From: Eledone cirrhosa
Lineage: Eukaryota
Assembly (NCBI GenBank): GCA_964016885.1
Contig: OZ024761.1
Location: 2,852,001-2,916,000 of the forward strand
Length of the DNA stretch: 64,000 nucleotides
Reading direction: 5' to 3'
Made by a program: the position numbers and the translations under genes. Below are positions 1 to 13,276 of the stretch, piece after piece. The number at the start of each line of letters is the position of its first letter. Within the stretch, counting starts at the first letter, position 1. The notes under the pieces were generated by a model that ran no database searches, was not told where the DNA came from, and saw nothing but the letters and a program-made list of their open reading frames with translations.

Positions 1-3000
1 TTGGTGGTGGTGTTGGTGGTAGTAGTGTTGTTGGTGGTGGTGTTGGTGGAAGTAGTGTTGTTGGTGGTGGTGTTGGTGGTAGTAGTGTTGTTGGTAGTGG
101 TGTTGGTGGTAGTAGTGTTGTTGGTGGTGGTGTTGGTGGTAGTAGTGTTGTTGGTGGTGGAGTTGGTGGTAGTAGTGTTGTTGGTGGTGGTGTTTGTAGT
201 AGTAGTGTTGTTGGTGGTGGTGTTGGTGGTAGTAGTGTTGTTGGTAGTGGTGTTTGTAGTAGTAGTGTTGTTGGTGGTGGTGTTGGTGGTAGTAGTGTTG
301 TTGGTGGTGGTGTTGTTGGAAGTAGGTTGTTGGTGGTGGTGTTGGTAGTAGTAGTGTTGTTGGTGGTGGTGTTGTTGGAAGTAGGTTGTTGGTGGTGGTG
401 TTGGTGGTAGTAGTTTTGTTGGTGGTGGTGGTGTTGGTGGTAGTAGTGTTGTTGGTGGTGTTGGTGGTAGTAGTGTTGTTGATGATCGTGTTGGTGTTAG
501 TAGTGTTGTTGGTGGTGGTGTTGGTGGTAGTACTGTTGTTGGTGGTGGTGTTGGTGGTAGTAGTGTTGGTGGTGGTAGTGTTGGTGGTAGTAGTGTTGGT
601 GGTGGTGGTGTTGGTGGTAGTAGTGTTGTTGGTGGTGGTGTTGGTGGAAGTAGTGTTGTTGGTGGTGGTGTTGGTGTTAGTAGTGTTGTTGGTGGTGGTG
701 TTGGTGGTAGTAGTCTTGTTGGTGGTGGTGTTGTTGGTAGTAGTGTTGTTGGTGGTGGTGTTGGTGGTAGTAGTGTTGGTGGTGGTGGTGTTGGTGGAAG
801 TAGTGTTGTTGGTGGTGGTGTTGGTGTTAGTAGTGTTGTTGGTGGTGGTGTGGGTGGTAGTAGTGTTGTTGATGATCGTGTTGGTGGTAGTAGTGTTGTT
901 GGTGTTGGTGTTGGTGGTAGTAGTGTTGTTGGTGGTGGTGTTGGTGGTAGTAGTGTTGTTGGTGGTGGTGTTGGTGGTGGTGGTGTTGTTGGTAGTGGTG
1001 TTGGTGGTAGTAGTGTTGGTGGTGGTGGTGTTGGTGGTGGTAGTGTTGGTGGTGGTAGTGTTGGTGGTGGTGGTGTTGGTGGTAGTAGTGTTGGTGGTGG
1101 TGGTGTTGGTGGTGGTAGTGTTGGTGGTAGTAGTGTTGGTGGTGGTGGTGTTGGTGGTGGTAGTGTTGGTGGTAGTAGTGTTGTTGGTGGTGGTGTTGGT
1201 GGTAGTAGTGTTGGTGGTGGTGGTGTTGGTGGTGGTAGTGTTGGTGGTGGTAGTGTTGTTGGTGGTGGTGTTGGTGGTAGTAGTGTTGTTGGTGGTGGTG
1301 TTGGTGGTAGTAGTGTTGTTGGTGGTGGTGTTGGTGGTAGTAGTGTTGTTGGTGGTGGTGTTGGTGGTAGTAGTGTTGGTGGTGGTGGTGTTGGTGGTGG
1401 TAGTGTTGGTGGTGGTGGTGTTGGTGGTGGTAGTGTTGGTGGTGGTAGTGTTGGTGGTGGTGGTGTTGGTGGTAGTAGTGTTGGTGGTGGTGGTGTTGGT
1501 GGTGGTAGTGTTGGTGGTGGTAGTGTTGTTGGTGGTAGTGTTGGTGGTAGTAGTGTTGTTGGTGGTGGTGTTGGTGGTAGTAGTGTTGGTGGTGGTGGTG
1601 TTGGTGGTGGTAGTGTTGGTGGTGGTAGTGTTGTTGGTGGTTGTGTTGGTGGTAGTAGTGTTGTTGGTGGTGGTGTTGGTGGTAGTAGTGTTGTTGGTGG
1701 TGGTGTTGGTGGTAGTAGTGTTGTTGGTGGTGGTGTTGGTGGTAGTAGTGTTGGTGGTGGTGGTGTTGGTGGTGGTAGTGTTGGTGGTGGTAGTGTTGGT
1801 GGTGGTGGTGTTGGTGGAAGTAGTGTTGTTGGTGGTGATGTTGGTGGTAGTAGTGTTGTTGGTGGTGGTGTTGGTGGTAGTAGTGTTGTTGGTGGTGGTG
1901 TTGGTGGTAGTAGTGTTGTTGGTGGTGGTGTTGGTGGTAGTAGTGTTGTTGGTGGTGTTGGTGGTAGTAGTGTTGTTGGTGTTGGTGTTGGTGATAGTAG
2001 TGTTGTTGGTGGTGGTGTTGGTGGTAGTAGTGTTGTTGGTGGTGGTGTTGGTGGTAGTAGTGTTGTTGGTGGTGGTGTTGGTGATAGTAGTGTTGTTGGT
2101 GGTGGTGTTGGTGGTAGTAGTGTTGTTGGTGGTGGTGTTGGTGGTAGTAGTGTTGTTGGTGGCGGTGTTGGTGGTAGTAGTGTTGTTGGTGGTGGTGTTG
2201 GTGGTGGTGTTGGTGGTAGTAGTGTTGTTGGTGGTGGTGTTGGTGGTAGTAGTGTTGTTGGTGGTGGTGTTGGTGGAAGTAATGCTGTTGGTGGTGGTGT
2301 TGGTGGTGGTGTTGGTGGTAGTAGTGTTGTTGGTGGTGGTGTTGGTGGTAGTAGTGTTGTTGGTGGTGGTGTTGGTGGTAGTAGTGTTGTTGGTGGCGGT
2401 GTTGGTGGTAGTAGTGTTGTTGGTGGTGGTGTTGGTGGTAGTAGTGTTGTTGGTGGCGGTGTTGCTAGTAGTAGTGTTGGGGTAGTGGTATTGGTGGTAG
2501 TAGTGTTGTTGGTGTTGGTGTTGGTGATAGTAGTGTTGTTGGTGGTGGTCTTGGTGGTAGTAGTGTTGTTGGTGTTGGTGTTGGTGGTAGTAGTGTTGTT
2601 GGTGGTGGTGTTGGTGGTAGTAGTGTTGTTGGTGGTGGTGTTGGTGGTGGTAGTGTTGTTGGTGTTGGTGTTGGTGGAAGTAGTGTTGTTGGTGTTGGTG
2701 TTGGTGATAGTAGTGTTGTTGGTGGTGGTGTTGGTGGTAGTAGTGTTGTTGGTGGTGGTGTTGGTGGTAGTAGTGTTGTTGGTAGTGGTGTTGGTGGTAG
2801 TAGTGTTGTTGGTGTTGGTGTTGGTGATAGTAGTGTTGTTGGTGGTGGTGTTGGTGGTAGTAGTGTTGTTGGTGGTGGTGTTGGTGGTAGTAGTGTTGTT
2901 GGTGGTGGTGTTGGTGATAGTAGTGTTGTTGGTGGTGGTGTTGGTGGTAGTAGTGTTGTTGGTGGTGGTGTTGGTGGTAGTAGTGTTGTTGGTGTTGGTG

Positions 3001-4975
3001 TTGGTGGAAGTAATGCTGTTGGTGGTGGTGTTGGTGGTGGTGTTGGTGGTAGTAGTGTTGTTGGTGGTGGTGTTGGTGGTAGTAGTGTTGTTGGTGGTGG
3101 TGTTGGTGGTAGTAGTGTTGTTGGTGGCGGTGTTGGTGGTAGTAGTGTTGTTGGTGGTGGTGTTGGTGGTAGTAGTGTTGTTGGTGGCGGTGTTGCTAGT
3201 AGTAGTGTTGGGGTAGTGGTATTGGTGGTAGTAGTGTTGTTGGTGTTGGTGTTGGTGATAGTAGTGTTGTTGGTGGTGGTCTTGGTGGTAGTAGTGTTGT
3301 TGGTGTTGGTGTTGGTGGTAGTAGTGTTGTTGGTGGTGGTGTTGGTGGTAGTAGTGTTGTTGGTGTTGGTGTTGGTGATAGTAGTGTTGTTGGTGGTGGT
3401 GTTGGTGGTAGTAGTGTTGTTGGTGGTGGTGTTGGTGGTAGTAGTGTTGTTGGTAGTGGTGTTGGTGGTAGTAGTGTTGTTGGTGGTGGTGTTGGTGGTA
3501 GTAGTGTTGTTGGTGGTGGTGTTGGTGATAGTAGTGTTGTTGGTGGTGGTGTTGGTGGTAGTAGTGTTGTTGGTGGTGGTGTTGGTGGTAGTAGTGTTGT
3601 TGGTGGCGGTGTTGCTAGTAGTAGTGTTGGGGTAGTGGTATTGGTGGTAGTAGTGTTGGTGGTGGTGGTGTTGGTGATAGTAGTGTTGTTGGTGGTGGTC
3701 TTGGTGGTAGTAGTGTTGTTGGTGTTGGTGTTGGTGGAAGTAATGCTGTTGGTGGTGGTGTTGGTGGTGGTGTTGGTGGTAGTAGTGTTGTTGGTGGTGG
3801 TGTTGGTGGTAGTAGTGTTGTTGGTGGTGGTGTTGGTGGTAGTAGTGTTGTTGGTAGTGGTGTTGGTGGTAGTAGTGTTGTTGGTGGTGGTGGGGGTAGT
3901 AGTGTTGTTGGTGGTGGTGTTGGTGGTAGTAGTGTTGTTGGTGGTGGTGTTGGTGGTAGTAGTGTTGTTGTTGGTGGTGGTGGGGGTAGTAGTGTTGTTG
4001 GTGGTGCTGTTGGTGGTAGTAGTGTTGTTGGTGGTGGTGTTGGTGGTAGTAGTGTTGTTGGTGGTGTTGGTGGTAGTAGTGTTGTTGGTGTTGGTGTTGG
4101 TGATAGTAGTGTTGTTGGTGGTGGTGTTGGTGGTAGTAGTGTTGTTGGTGTTGGTGTTGGTGATAGTAGTGTTGTTGGTGGTGGTGGTGTTGGTGGTAGT
4201 AGTGTTGTTGGTGTTGGTGTTGGTGATAGTAGTGTTGTTGGTGGTGGTGTTGGTGGTAGTAGTGTTGTTGGTGTTGGTGTTGGTGATAGTAGTGTTGTTG
4301 GTGGTGGTGTTGGTGGTAGTAGTGTTGTTGGTGTTGGTGTTGGTGATAGTAGTGTTGTTGGTGGTGGTGTTGGTGGTAGTAGTGTTGGTGGTGGTGGTGT
4401 TGGTGGTGGTGTTGGTGGTAGAAGTGTTGTTGGTAGTGGTGTTGGTGGTAGTAGTGTTGTTGGTGGTGGTGTTGGTGGTGGTGTTGGTGGTAGAAGTGTT
4501 GTTGGTAGTGGTGTTGGTGGTAGTAGTTTTGTTGGTGGTGGTGTTGGTGGTAGTAGTGTTGTTGGTGGTGGTGTTGGTGGTAGTAGTGTTGATGGTGGTG
4601 GTGTTGGTGGTAGTAGTGTTGTTTGTGGTGGTGTTGGTGGTAATAGTGTTGTTGGTGGTGGTGTTGGTGGTAGTAATGCTGATGGTGGTGGTGTTGGTGG
4701 TAGTAGTGTTGTTGTTGGTGGTGTTGGTGGTGGTGTTGGCGGTAGTAGTGTTGTTGGTGGCGGTGTTAGTGGAAGTAGTGTTGTTGGTGGTGGTGGTGTT
4801 GGTGGTAGTAGTATTGTTGGTGGTGGTGTTGGTGGTAGTAGTGTCGTTGGTGGTGGTGTTGGTAGTAGTAGTGGTGTTGGTGGTGGTGGTGTTGGTGGTA
4901 GTAGTGTTGTTGGTGGTGGTGTTGGTAGTAGTAGTGGTGTTGGTGGTGGTGGTGTTGGTGGAAGTAGTGTTGTTG
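1..4975. repeat. GT-rich minisatellite, ~30-bp unit TTGGTGGTGGTGTTGGTGGTAGTAGTGTTG
   Basis: Direct tandem periodicity; occasional 1-nt indels shift the triplet phase (~325, ~385, ~2480, ~3212, ~3631). Confidence 0.95.
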
Positions 4976-7900
4976 GTGGTGGTGTTTTGGTGTTGCTGTT
5001 GTTATTGTTGTTGTTGGCGGTGGTGGTGTTTTGGTGTTGCTGTTGTTATTGTTGTTATTGGTGGTGGTGGTGTTTTGGTGTTGCTCTGGTTATTGTTGTT
5101 ATTGGTGGTGGTGGTGTTTTGGTGTTGCTCTTGTTGTTGTTGTTGTTGGTGGTGGTGGTGTTTTGGTGTTGCTGTTGTTATCGTTGTTGTTGGTCGAGGT
5201 GGTGTTTTGGTGTTGTTGTTATTGTTGTTATTGCTGGTGGTGGTGTTTTGGTTTTGCTGTTGTTATTGTTGTTATTGGTGGTGGTGGTGTTTTGGTGTTG
5301 CTGTTGTTATTGTTGTTATTGGTGGTGGTGGTGTTTTGGTGTTGCTGTTGTTATTGTTGTTATTGGTGGTGGTGGTGTTTTGGTGTTGCTGTTGTAATTG
5401 TTGTTGTTGGTGGAGGTGGTGTTTTGGTGTTGCTCTGGTTATTGTTGTTATTGGTGGTGGTGGTGTTTTGGTGTTGCTGTTGTAATTGTTGTTGTTGGTG
5501 GAGGTGGTGTTTTGGTGTTGCTGTTCTAATTGTTGTTGTTGTTGGTGGTGGTGTTTTGGTGTTGCTGTTGTTATTGTTGTTGTTGGTGGTGGTGGTGTTT
5601 TTGGTGTTGCTGTTGTTATTGTTGTTATTGGTGGTGTTTTGGTGTTGCTGTTGTTATTGTTGTTGTTGGTGGAGGTGGTGTTTTGGTGTTGCTGTTGTAA
5701 TTGTTGTTGTTGTTGGTGGTGGTGTTTTGGTGTTGCTGTTGTTATTGTTGTTGTTGGTGGTGGTGGTGTTTTTGGTGTTGCTGTTGTTATTGTTGTTATT
5801 GGTGGTGGTGGTGTTTTGGTGTTGCTGTTGTTATTGTTGTTATTGGTGGTGGTGGTGTTTTGGTATTGCTGTTGTTATTGTTGTTATTGGTGGTGGTGGT
5901 GTTTTGGTGTTGCTGTTGTTATTGTTGTTATTGGTGGAGGTGGTGTTTTGGTGTTGCTGTTGTTATTGTTGTTATTGGTGGTGGTGGTGTTTTGGTATTG
6001 CTGTTGTTATTGTTGTTATTGGTGGTGGTGGTGTTTTTGGTGTTGCTGTTGTTATTGTTATTGTTGGTGGAGGTGGTGTTTTGGTGCTGCTGTTGTTATT
6101 GTTGTTATTGGTGGTGCTGGTGTTTTGGTGTTGCTGTTGTTATTGTTGTTGTTGGTGGTGGTAGTAGTGTTTTGTTGTTGCTGTTGTTATTATTGTTGTT
6201 GTTGTTGGTGGTGGTGTTTTGGTGTTGCTGTTGTTATTGTTGTTGTTGGTGGTGGTGGTGTTTTGGTGTTGCTTTTGTTATTATTGTTGTTGTTGTTGGT
6301 GGTGGTATTTTGGTGTTGCTGTTGTTATTGTTGTTGTTGGTGGTGCTGGTTTTTTGGTGTTGCTGTTGTTATTGTTATTGTTGTTGGTGGTGGTGTTTTG
6401 GTATTGCTGTTGTTATTGTTTTTGTTGTTGGTGCTGGTGTTTTGGTGCTGCTGTTGTTATTGTTGTTATTGGTGGTGCTGGTGTTTTGGTGTTGCTGTTG
6501 TTATTGTTGTTGTTGGTGGTGGTAGTAGTGTTTTGTTGTTGCTGTTGTTATTATTGTTGTTGTTGTTGGTGGTGGTGTTTTGGTGTTGCTGTTGTTATTG
6601 TTGTTGTTGGTGGTGGTGGTGTTTTGGTGTTGCTTTTGTTATTGTTATTGTTGTTGGTGGTGGTGTTTTGGTGTTGCTGTTGTTATTGTTGTTATTGGTG
6701 GTGGTGGTGTTGTGGTGTTGCTGTTGTTATTGTTGTTATTGGTGGTGGTGGTATTTTGGTGTTGCTGTTGTTATTGTTGTTATTGGTGGTGCTGGTTTTT
6801 TGGTGTTGCTGTTGTTATTGTTATTGTTGTTGGTGGTGGTGTTTTGGTGTTGCTGTTGTTATTGTTGTTATTGGTGGTGGTGGTGTTGTGGTGTTGCTGT
6901 TGTTATTGTTGTTATTGGTGGTGGTGGTATTTTGGTGTTGCTGTTGTTATTGTTGTTATTGGTGGTGCTGGTTTTTTGGTGTTGCTGTTGTTATTGTTAT
7001 TGTTGTTGGTGGTGGTGTTTTGGTGTTGCTGTTGTTATTGTTGTTATTGGTGGTGGTGGTGTTGTGGTGTTGCTGTTGTTATTGTTGTTATTGGTGGTGG
7101 TGGTATTTTGGTGTTGCTGTTGTTATTGTTGTTATTGGTGGTGCCTGGTTTTTTGGTGTTGCTGTTGTTATTGTTATTGTTGTTGGTGGTGGTGTTTTGG
7201 TGTTGCTGTTGTTATTGTTGTTATTGGTGGTGGTGGTGTTGTGGTGTTGCTGTTGTTATTGTTGTTATTGGTGGTGGTGGTATTTTGGTGTTGCTGTTGT
7301 TATTGTTGTTATTGGTGGTGGTGGTATTTTGGTGTTGCTGTTGTTATTGTTGTTATCGGTGGTGCTGGTTTTTTGGTGTTGCTGTTGTTATTGTTGTTAT
7401 TGGTGGTGATGGTATTTTGGTGTTGGTGTTGTTGTTGTTATTGTTGTTGTTGATGGTGGTGGTGGTGTTTTGGTGTTGTTGTTGTTATTATTGTTGTTGA
7501 TGGTGGTGCTGGTGTTTTGGTGTTGTTGTTGTTATTGTTGTTGTTGATGGTGGTGCTGGTGTTTTGGTGTTGCTGTTGTTATTGTTGTTGTTGTTGTTGT
7601 TGGTGGTGTTTTGGTGTTGCTGTTGTTATTGTTGTTGTTGTTGTTGTTGGTGGTGGTGTTTTGGTGTTGCTGTTGTTATTGTTGTTGTTATTGCTGGTGG
7701 TGATGTTTTGGTGTTGGTGTTGTTATTGTTGTTGCTGGTGCTGGTATTTTGGTGTTGCTGTTGTTATTGTTGTTGTTGTTGGTGGTGGTGTTTTGGTGTT
7801 GCTGTTGTTATTGTTGTTGTTGGTGGTGGTGGTGTTTTGGTATTGCTGTTGTTATTGTTGTTGTTGTTAGTGCTGGTGTTTTGGTGCTGCTGTTGTTATT

Positions 7901-8008
7901 GTTGTCATTGGTGGTGCTGGTGTTTTGGTGTTGCTGTTGTTATTGTTGTTGTTGGTGGTGGTGGTGTTTTGGTGTTGCTGTTGTTATTGTTGTTATTGGT
8001 GGTGGTGG
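4976..8008. repeat. GT-rich minisatellite, ~44-bp unit GGTGGTGGTGGTGTTTTGGTGTTGCTGTTGTTATTGTTGTTATT
   Basis: Direct tandem periodicity; unit distinct from the preceding array. Confidence 0.93.
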
Positions 8009-10760
8009 CCCCAGGGCAATTCAGCACCCTGGACGCGTTCGTCGATGCCAGCCGTAGCGCAGTAAATCGTTTCTACCTCTGCCACCGTTCCAAACGGTAC
8101 AATATCTCACGGGGCGAACTCCTCGCGCTCCGCTCCCTCCGTAGCCGAGATGACATCATCATCAAACCGGCGGACAAGGGAGGCGACATGGTGGTGTGGC
8201 GCGTGGACCTCTACACGGCCGAAGCCCTCAGGCAGCTCTGTAACCCCCTCTTCTACCGCCCTCTAACCTCCGATCCCACCCTCTCTACCAACAACAAGTC
8301 TCCTCCACCATCCAAGACCTTATCGCCTCCTCCCTCCTCCCCCTACCGCTTCCCACCTCATCGTCCGCACCCCCCGCACCCCCACCATCTACTTCCTCCC
8401 CAAACTCCACAAACCCGACAACCCCGGCCGCCCCATCGTCTCCGCTTGCAACTGCCCCACCGAACTCATCTCCACCTTTCTCGACTCCATCCTCGCCCCC
8501 CTTGTCACCACACTTCCCTCCCACATCTCCGACACCAACCACGCCCTGCGCCTTTTCGACTCCTTCACCTACCCACCCGGCTCACAGCCCTTCCTCTTCA
8601 CCCCAGACATCAAGTCCCTCTATACCGTCATCCCCCACGCCGACGGCCTACGCGCCCTCAAACACTACCTCGACCTTCGCCCCTCCCCCATTCCCTCCGC
8701 CCCACCCACCTTCGCCTCGCCGAGCTGGTCCTCACCCTCAATTGTTTCTCCTTCTAGGGTGAGTTTTACCAACAGGTCACGGCTAGCCATGGGTACAAGA
8801 ATGGGCCCGAACTATGCCAACCTTTTTGTTGGCCATGTTAAGGCCCAAATCTTTGCCCAGTACACCGGCCCCACGCCCGAACTGTACGGTCGTTACATTG
8901 ACGACTGTATCGGAGCCACGACCCCCACCTGAGAACAGCTCGACTCCTTTCTCTCCTTCTGCTTCTTCCACCCCTCCCTCCACTTCACCACCTCTATCTC
9001 CACCACCCACGTCCACTTCTTAGACATCTCCGTCGCCTTCGACCCCTCCCACCACTCCCTCGGACAGACGGGACGTCGCCTGGCGGACCGATTCACTGAG
9101 CACCTCCGGGATATTCGTCTCGGTGGTAGTTCCCCCATCGACCGCCACTTTGGTAGCCCTGGACATTCCGCACGCCATCTCACAGTCTGTGGCCTACTCC
9201 AATGCCACGGAACACCCGCCAATCGCCTTAGAGTCGAACAAAGAACTATCTTCATCTTACAGACCCACACTCCCCCCGGCCTGAACTCCCCACCCTTATT
9301 CCTTTAGCCTTCGACCGCCCCCCTCCCCCCACACTTATCCCCCACTAACACCACTAACACACCCCTCCTTTTCACCTCCCACCCCACAACTAACAATACT
9401 AACACCTCCACTCCACCCCTCATCCGACCACCCTTCCCCAACTAACATACTAACATCCCTCCCTTCTCCTCCTCCCCCCTCCTTATCACACGAACACACG
9501 CATCCACTTACACCACCCACCCCACACGCAACTAACACCCCCAACCCCACGCACACGTACCCACACACCCTCGTACACCACCAACTCTACACACTCTACC
9601 ACCACTAACCCCCACTCACACCTGCATTCAACCCTTTCCCCACCTCCCGTATACTAACACCCACTAACACCCCCTTCATCAAACTACACACACACCAATA
9701 CACCACACTCCCTCCATAGAACTACACACACCCTTCTCTCCCCGCTCCACCCACACCCTCGCTCCACACTCACTCATCCCACTAACACCTCTACTAATAC
9801 ACACACACACCCTCCTCACTCCAACTTTCACACCTACCCATCCTCGCCCCTTTACCATTCCACCCGACTGCTGCTATGCCCTCTGACCACCTCCCAGCAC
9901 AAACAGACACACAGCACTCCCACCGCTTGACCACTTCCTGTTGCGCGCGCACCCCACATCTCTCCTCTTCCGACCACCTCTTCATGGAATACTCGTATGT
10001 GGAACTTGACCACCACGGAATCTACTAAACATCATAGGAATTTACCAACATTTCAACCATCCTCTTACGGAATCACCTATATAACTCACACACATACACA
10101 CCCAAACATTTTTTTTCTCCCACGCACGACCTACACCCACAACACGTTTAAACCCCACACACACGTGCTTTCCACCACATATTTACACCCTCAGCCTCCT
10201 GATTCCTCTCCCCCCACCCCTCTATCCACACACACACAGACACTCCGACCTACACCCCCCCCCACACACACCTCTTCCTGAACATGCAACCCCGTTCTTC
10301 CCCCAACCCTTACTTTCACATACACACACACACACACACACGTACACCTACACACACACACCACCTTCAACCCTCCCCGCTCGGACACCCCGTCTCTCTC
10401 TCCCCACTCCACCCGCCACCACCCCTACACACCCCACACCCTTCCACCACGTTTTCACCCCTTTTTAATTTCAGTTTATTTTGATCATGCTTTTATATTT
10501 ATTTTTATTTCATTCCTTTTATTTTGATCATGCTTTATTTTTATTTTTATTTTTATTTTTAATTTCATTCGCACCGTTTCCTTTCGCTATATGTCTCTCC
10601 ACCACTCCCCTACACACCCTTTGAACTCTGTTCCCACACACTTCTCACCTGAGGAAGGGCTTATGCCAGAAACGTCGTTCCCCACCACCACCCCACTCTC
10701 CAGAGCGTGAAATTAATAAACATTCGTTGTACTGCCTCTCTCTTTTGTTCCTGTTCAAAT
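8009..10760 (+). mobile_element. 5'-truncated, decayed Penelope-like retroelement (Neptune-like RT + GIY-YIG) with C-rich 3' region and pLTR
   Basis: Frameshifted translation gives IIIKPADKGG, YLLPKLHKPDNPGRPIVS, DIKSLYTVIPH, AMGTRMGPNYANLFVG, YGRYIDDC, HFLDI, then GQTGRRLADRFTEHLRDI...EQRTIFILQTHTPPGLN; hammerhead core at 10649-10676 and AATAAA at ~10715. Confidence 0.92.
10645..10677 (+). ncRNA. Minimal type-I hammerhead ribozyme motif (Penelope pLTR); stem I apparently interrupted
   Basis: CTGAGGA-AGGGC-TTAT-GCC-A-GAAAC-GTC; upstream TCAC could pair with GTGA found ~30 nt downstream after an apparent insertion. Confidence 0.7.
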
Positions 10761-10768
10761 TTTTCCAT

Positions 10769-10807
<39 letters not shown>

Positions 10808-10861
10808 GCATATGTATATATAGTATATGTATATATATATATGTATATATATATATATGTG

Positions 10862-10892
<31 letters not shown>

Positions 10893-10893
10893 G

Positions 10894-10954
<61 letters not shown>

Positions 10955-10977
10955 ATATATATATATATGTATATATA

Positions 10978-11210
10978 AATATGAACGGAAAAAATGAAAC
11001 GAAATTTCATTTCCCACTCTTAGTACGGCTGTTATTTAAATATAAGTATGTATACGCACATACATATATGTATACAGACGTACAGTAGTATGTATATATA
11101 TACATACATGCAGACATATATATATATGTACGTATGGATTCACCGAACATTTATTATAATGCTCGGTGAGTTTGTAAACAAACACACCGAGCATTATAAT
11201 AAATGTGTGT
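10978..11210 (-). mobile_element. Partial copy of the ~435-bp hammerhead-bearing repeat at 47581-48880
   Basis: Shares CACTCTTAGTACGGCTG...TAAGTATGTATACG...CCGAACATTTATTATAATG; ends in an internal fold-back at ~11144-11206. Confidence 0.8.
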
Positions 11211-11344
11211 GTATATATATAAATCTGATTCCATACAAACAATCTATACGATCGATCTTTAAGTCTCTTGTATGGTTACCCCCTTGATAAAGGCTTTTTA
11301 ACTTTCTTCATACCCATTGTGTTGGTCTTCAAAATTTAAATTTG

Positions 11345-11389
<45 letters not shown>

Positions 11390-11395
11390 CATATA

Positions 11396-12150
<755 letters not shown>

Positions 12151-12159
12151 TATATATTA

Positions 12160-12613
12160 TATATTATAGTAATAATAATTTTGAAGACTAAAATTCAAAG
12201 AGGGCTCGATAAGGATAAATATATATTATAGTAATAAAAAATTTGAAGACTAAAATTCAAAGAGAGCTCGATAAGGATAAATATATATCAAATATATAAG
12301 AACCCTAGAGAAAATATTCATTAAAATAACAGATTAAAGTTTAAAAAAAGAATCGCTGCTTTCACCCTTACTGGGATCTTCTGAAACTAAAGAAAATCCA
12401 TCTGTGAACGCAGAAGTTAATATTTCGAAAAACGTTACAACCGAAGGAAAATAGGAAGTGGTAACGTTCCTTGAAATGAACGGATAAAAGCGAAGATAAT
12501 ACGTCATTATGTTGAGAGGTGAGAACAATTAAACACAAAGATAAAACCACGTTTATGGTATGAATGGAGTCGTAAACTAATATTCTATTTAGGAAGCCGA
12601 ATGATTCGGCTTC
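12160..12613 (-). repeat. Unclassified interspersed repeat (family also at 48980-49437, 29385-29445, 60415-60436)
   Basis: Reverse complement aligns by eye with 49105-49437 (TACCATAAACGTGGTT, ATGACGTATTAT, GGAACGTTACCAC, CTTCTGCGTTCACAGAT). Confidence 0.75.
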
Positions 12614-13049
12614 AGAGTTAAGAATAATGTAAATAAATTAGTAGAATGAAAATGACAGAGGTTATTGAAATCAGCAATAATTAAATATATACATACACAC
12701 ATCTATATACGTACATACACATGCATACGCGAAAACACTCGCCATGGTATGCATATACAAGCAAGTATACATAAACACGCGCACACATACAAAAACCCGC
12801 GCGACACCTGTACCTGTAAACATACGAACGTATACATCAAATACACAAATAAATATATGTGCGTGTGCGTGTATACATAACGCAAGCACACACATACCTA
12901 CAGGTAAATACACATATGTTCACTAAAAGTACGTCAACCAAAACACAAAGTACACATATACGCACCTTACATACGTGCAAATCCGCATACACACACAAAC
13001 ACAAATACGCATATACACTTAACCATATACACATGTACCAGTATATATA

Positions 13050-13111
13050 TAATTGTTTCTACTTTAGGCACAAGGCCAGCAATTACCCAGTGCATTACTG
13101 GTACTTTATTT
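13050..13111 (-). mobile_element. tRNA-derived SINE 3' fragment
   Basis: Reverse complement of AAATAAAGTACCAGTAATGCACTGGGTAATTGCTGGCCTTGTGCCTAAAGTAGAAACAATT, seen in many copies in the window. Confidence 0.85.
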
Positions 13112-13276
13112 TATACACCTATAACAAATACAAGCCAATATACGTACGAGAAAGTATGCGTACCTTCAGAAAACATACGGCTAAGGTATACTTACCTATA
13201 CAAATAAGTAATGGTATAAACATAAAATATACTTAGCTACCGCATCAAGACGTAAATTATCTACGTATTGTTCGTA

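Noticed and set aside
1-8008. Long Val/Leu, Gly/Ser or (minus strand) Thr/Pro mucin-like ORFs
   Set aside because: They are minisatellite translations; single-base indels break the phase, the second array has a non-triplet unit, and no splice or start context is visible.
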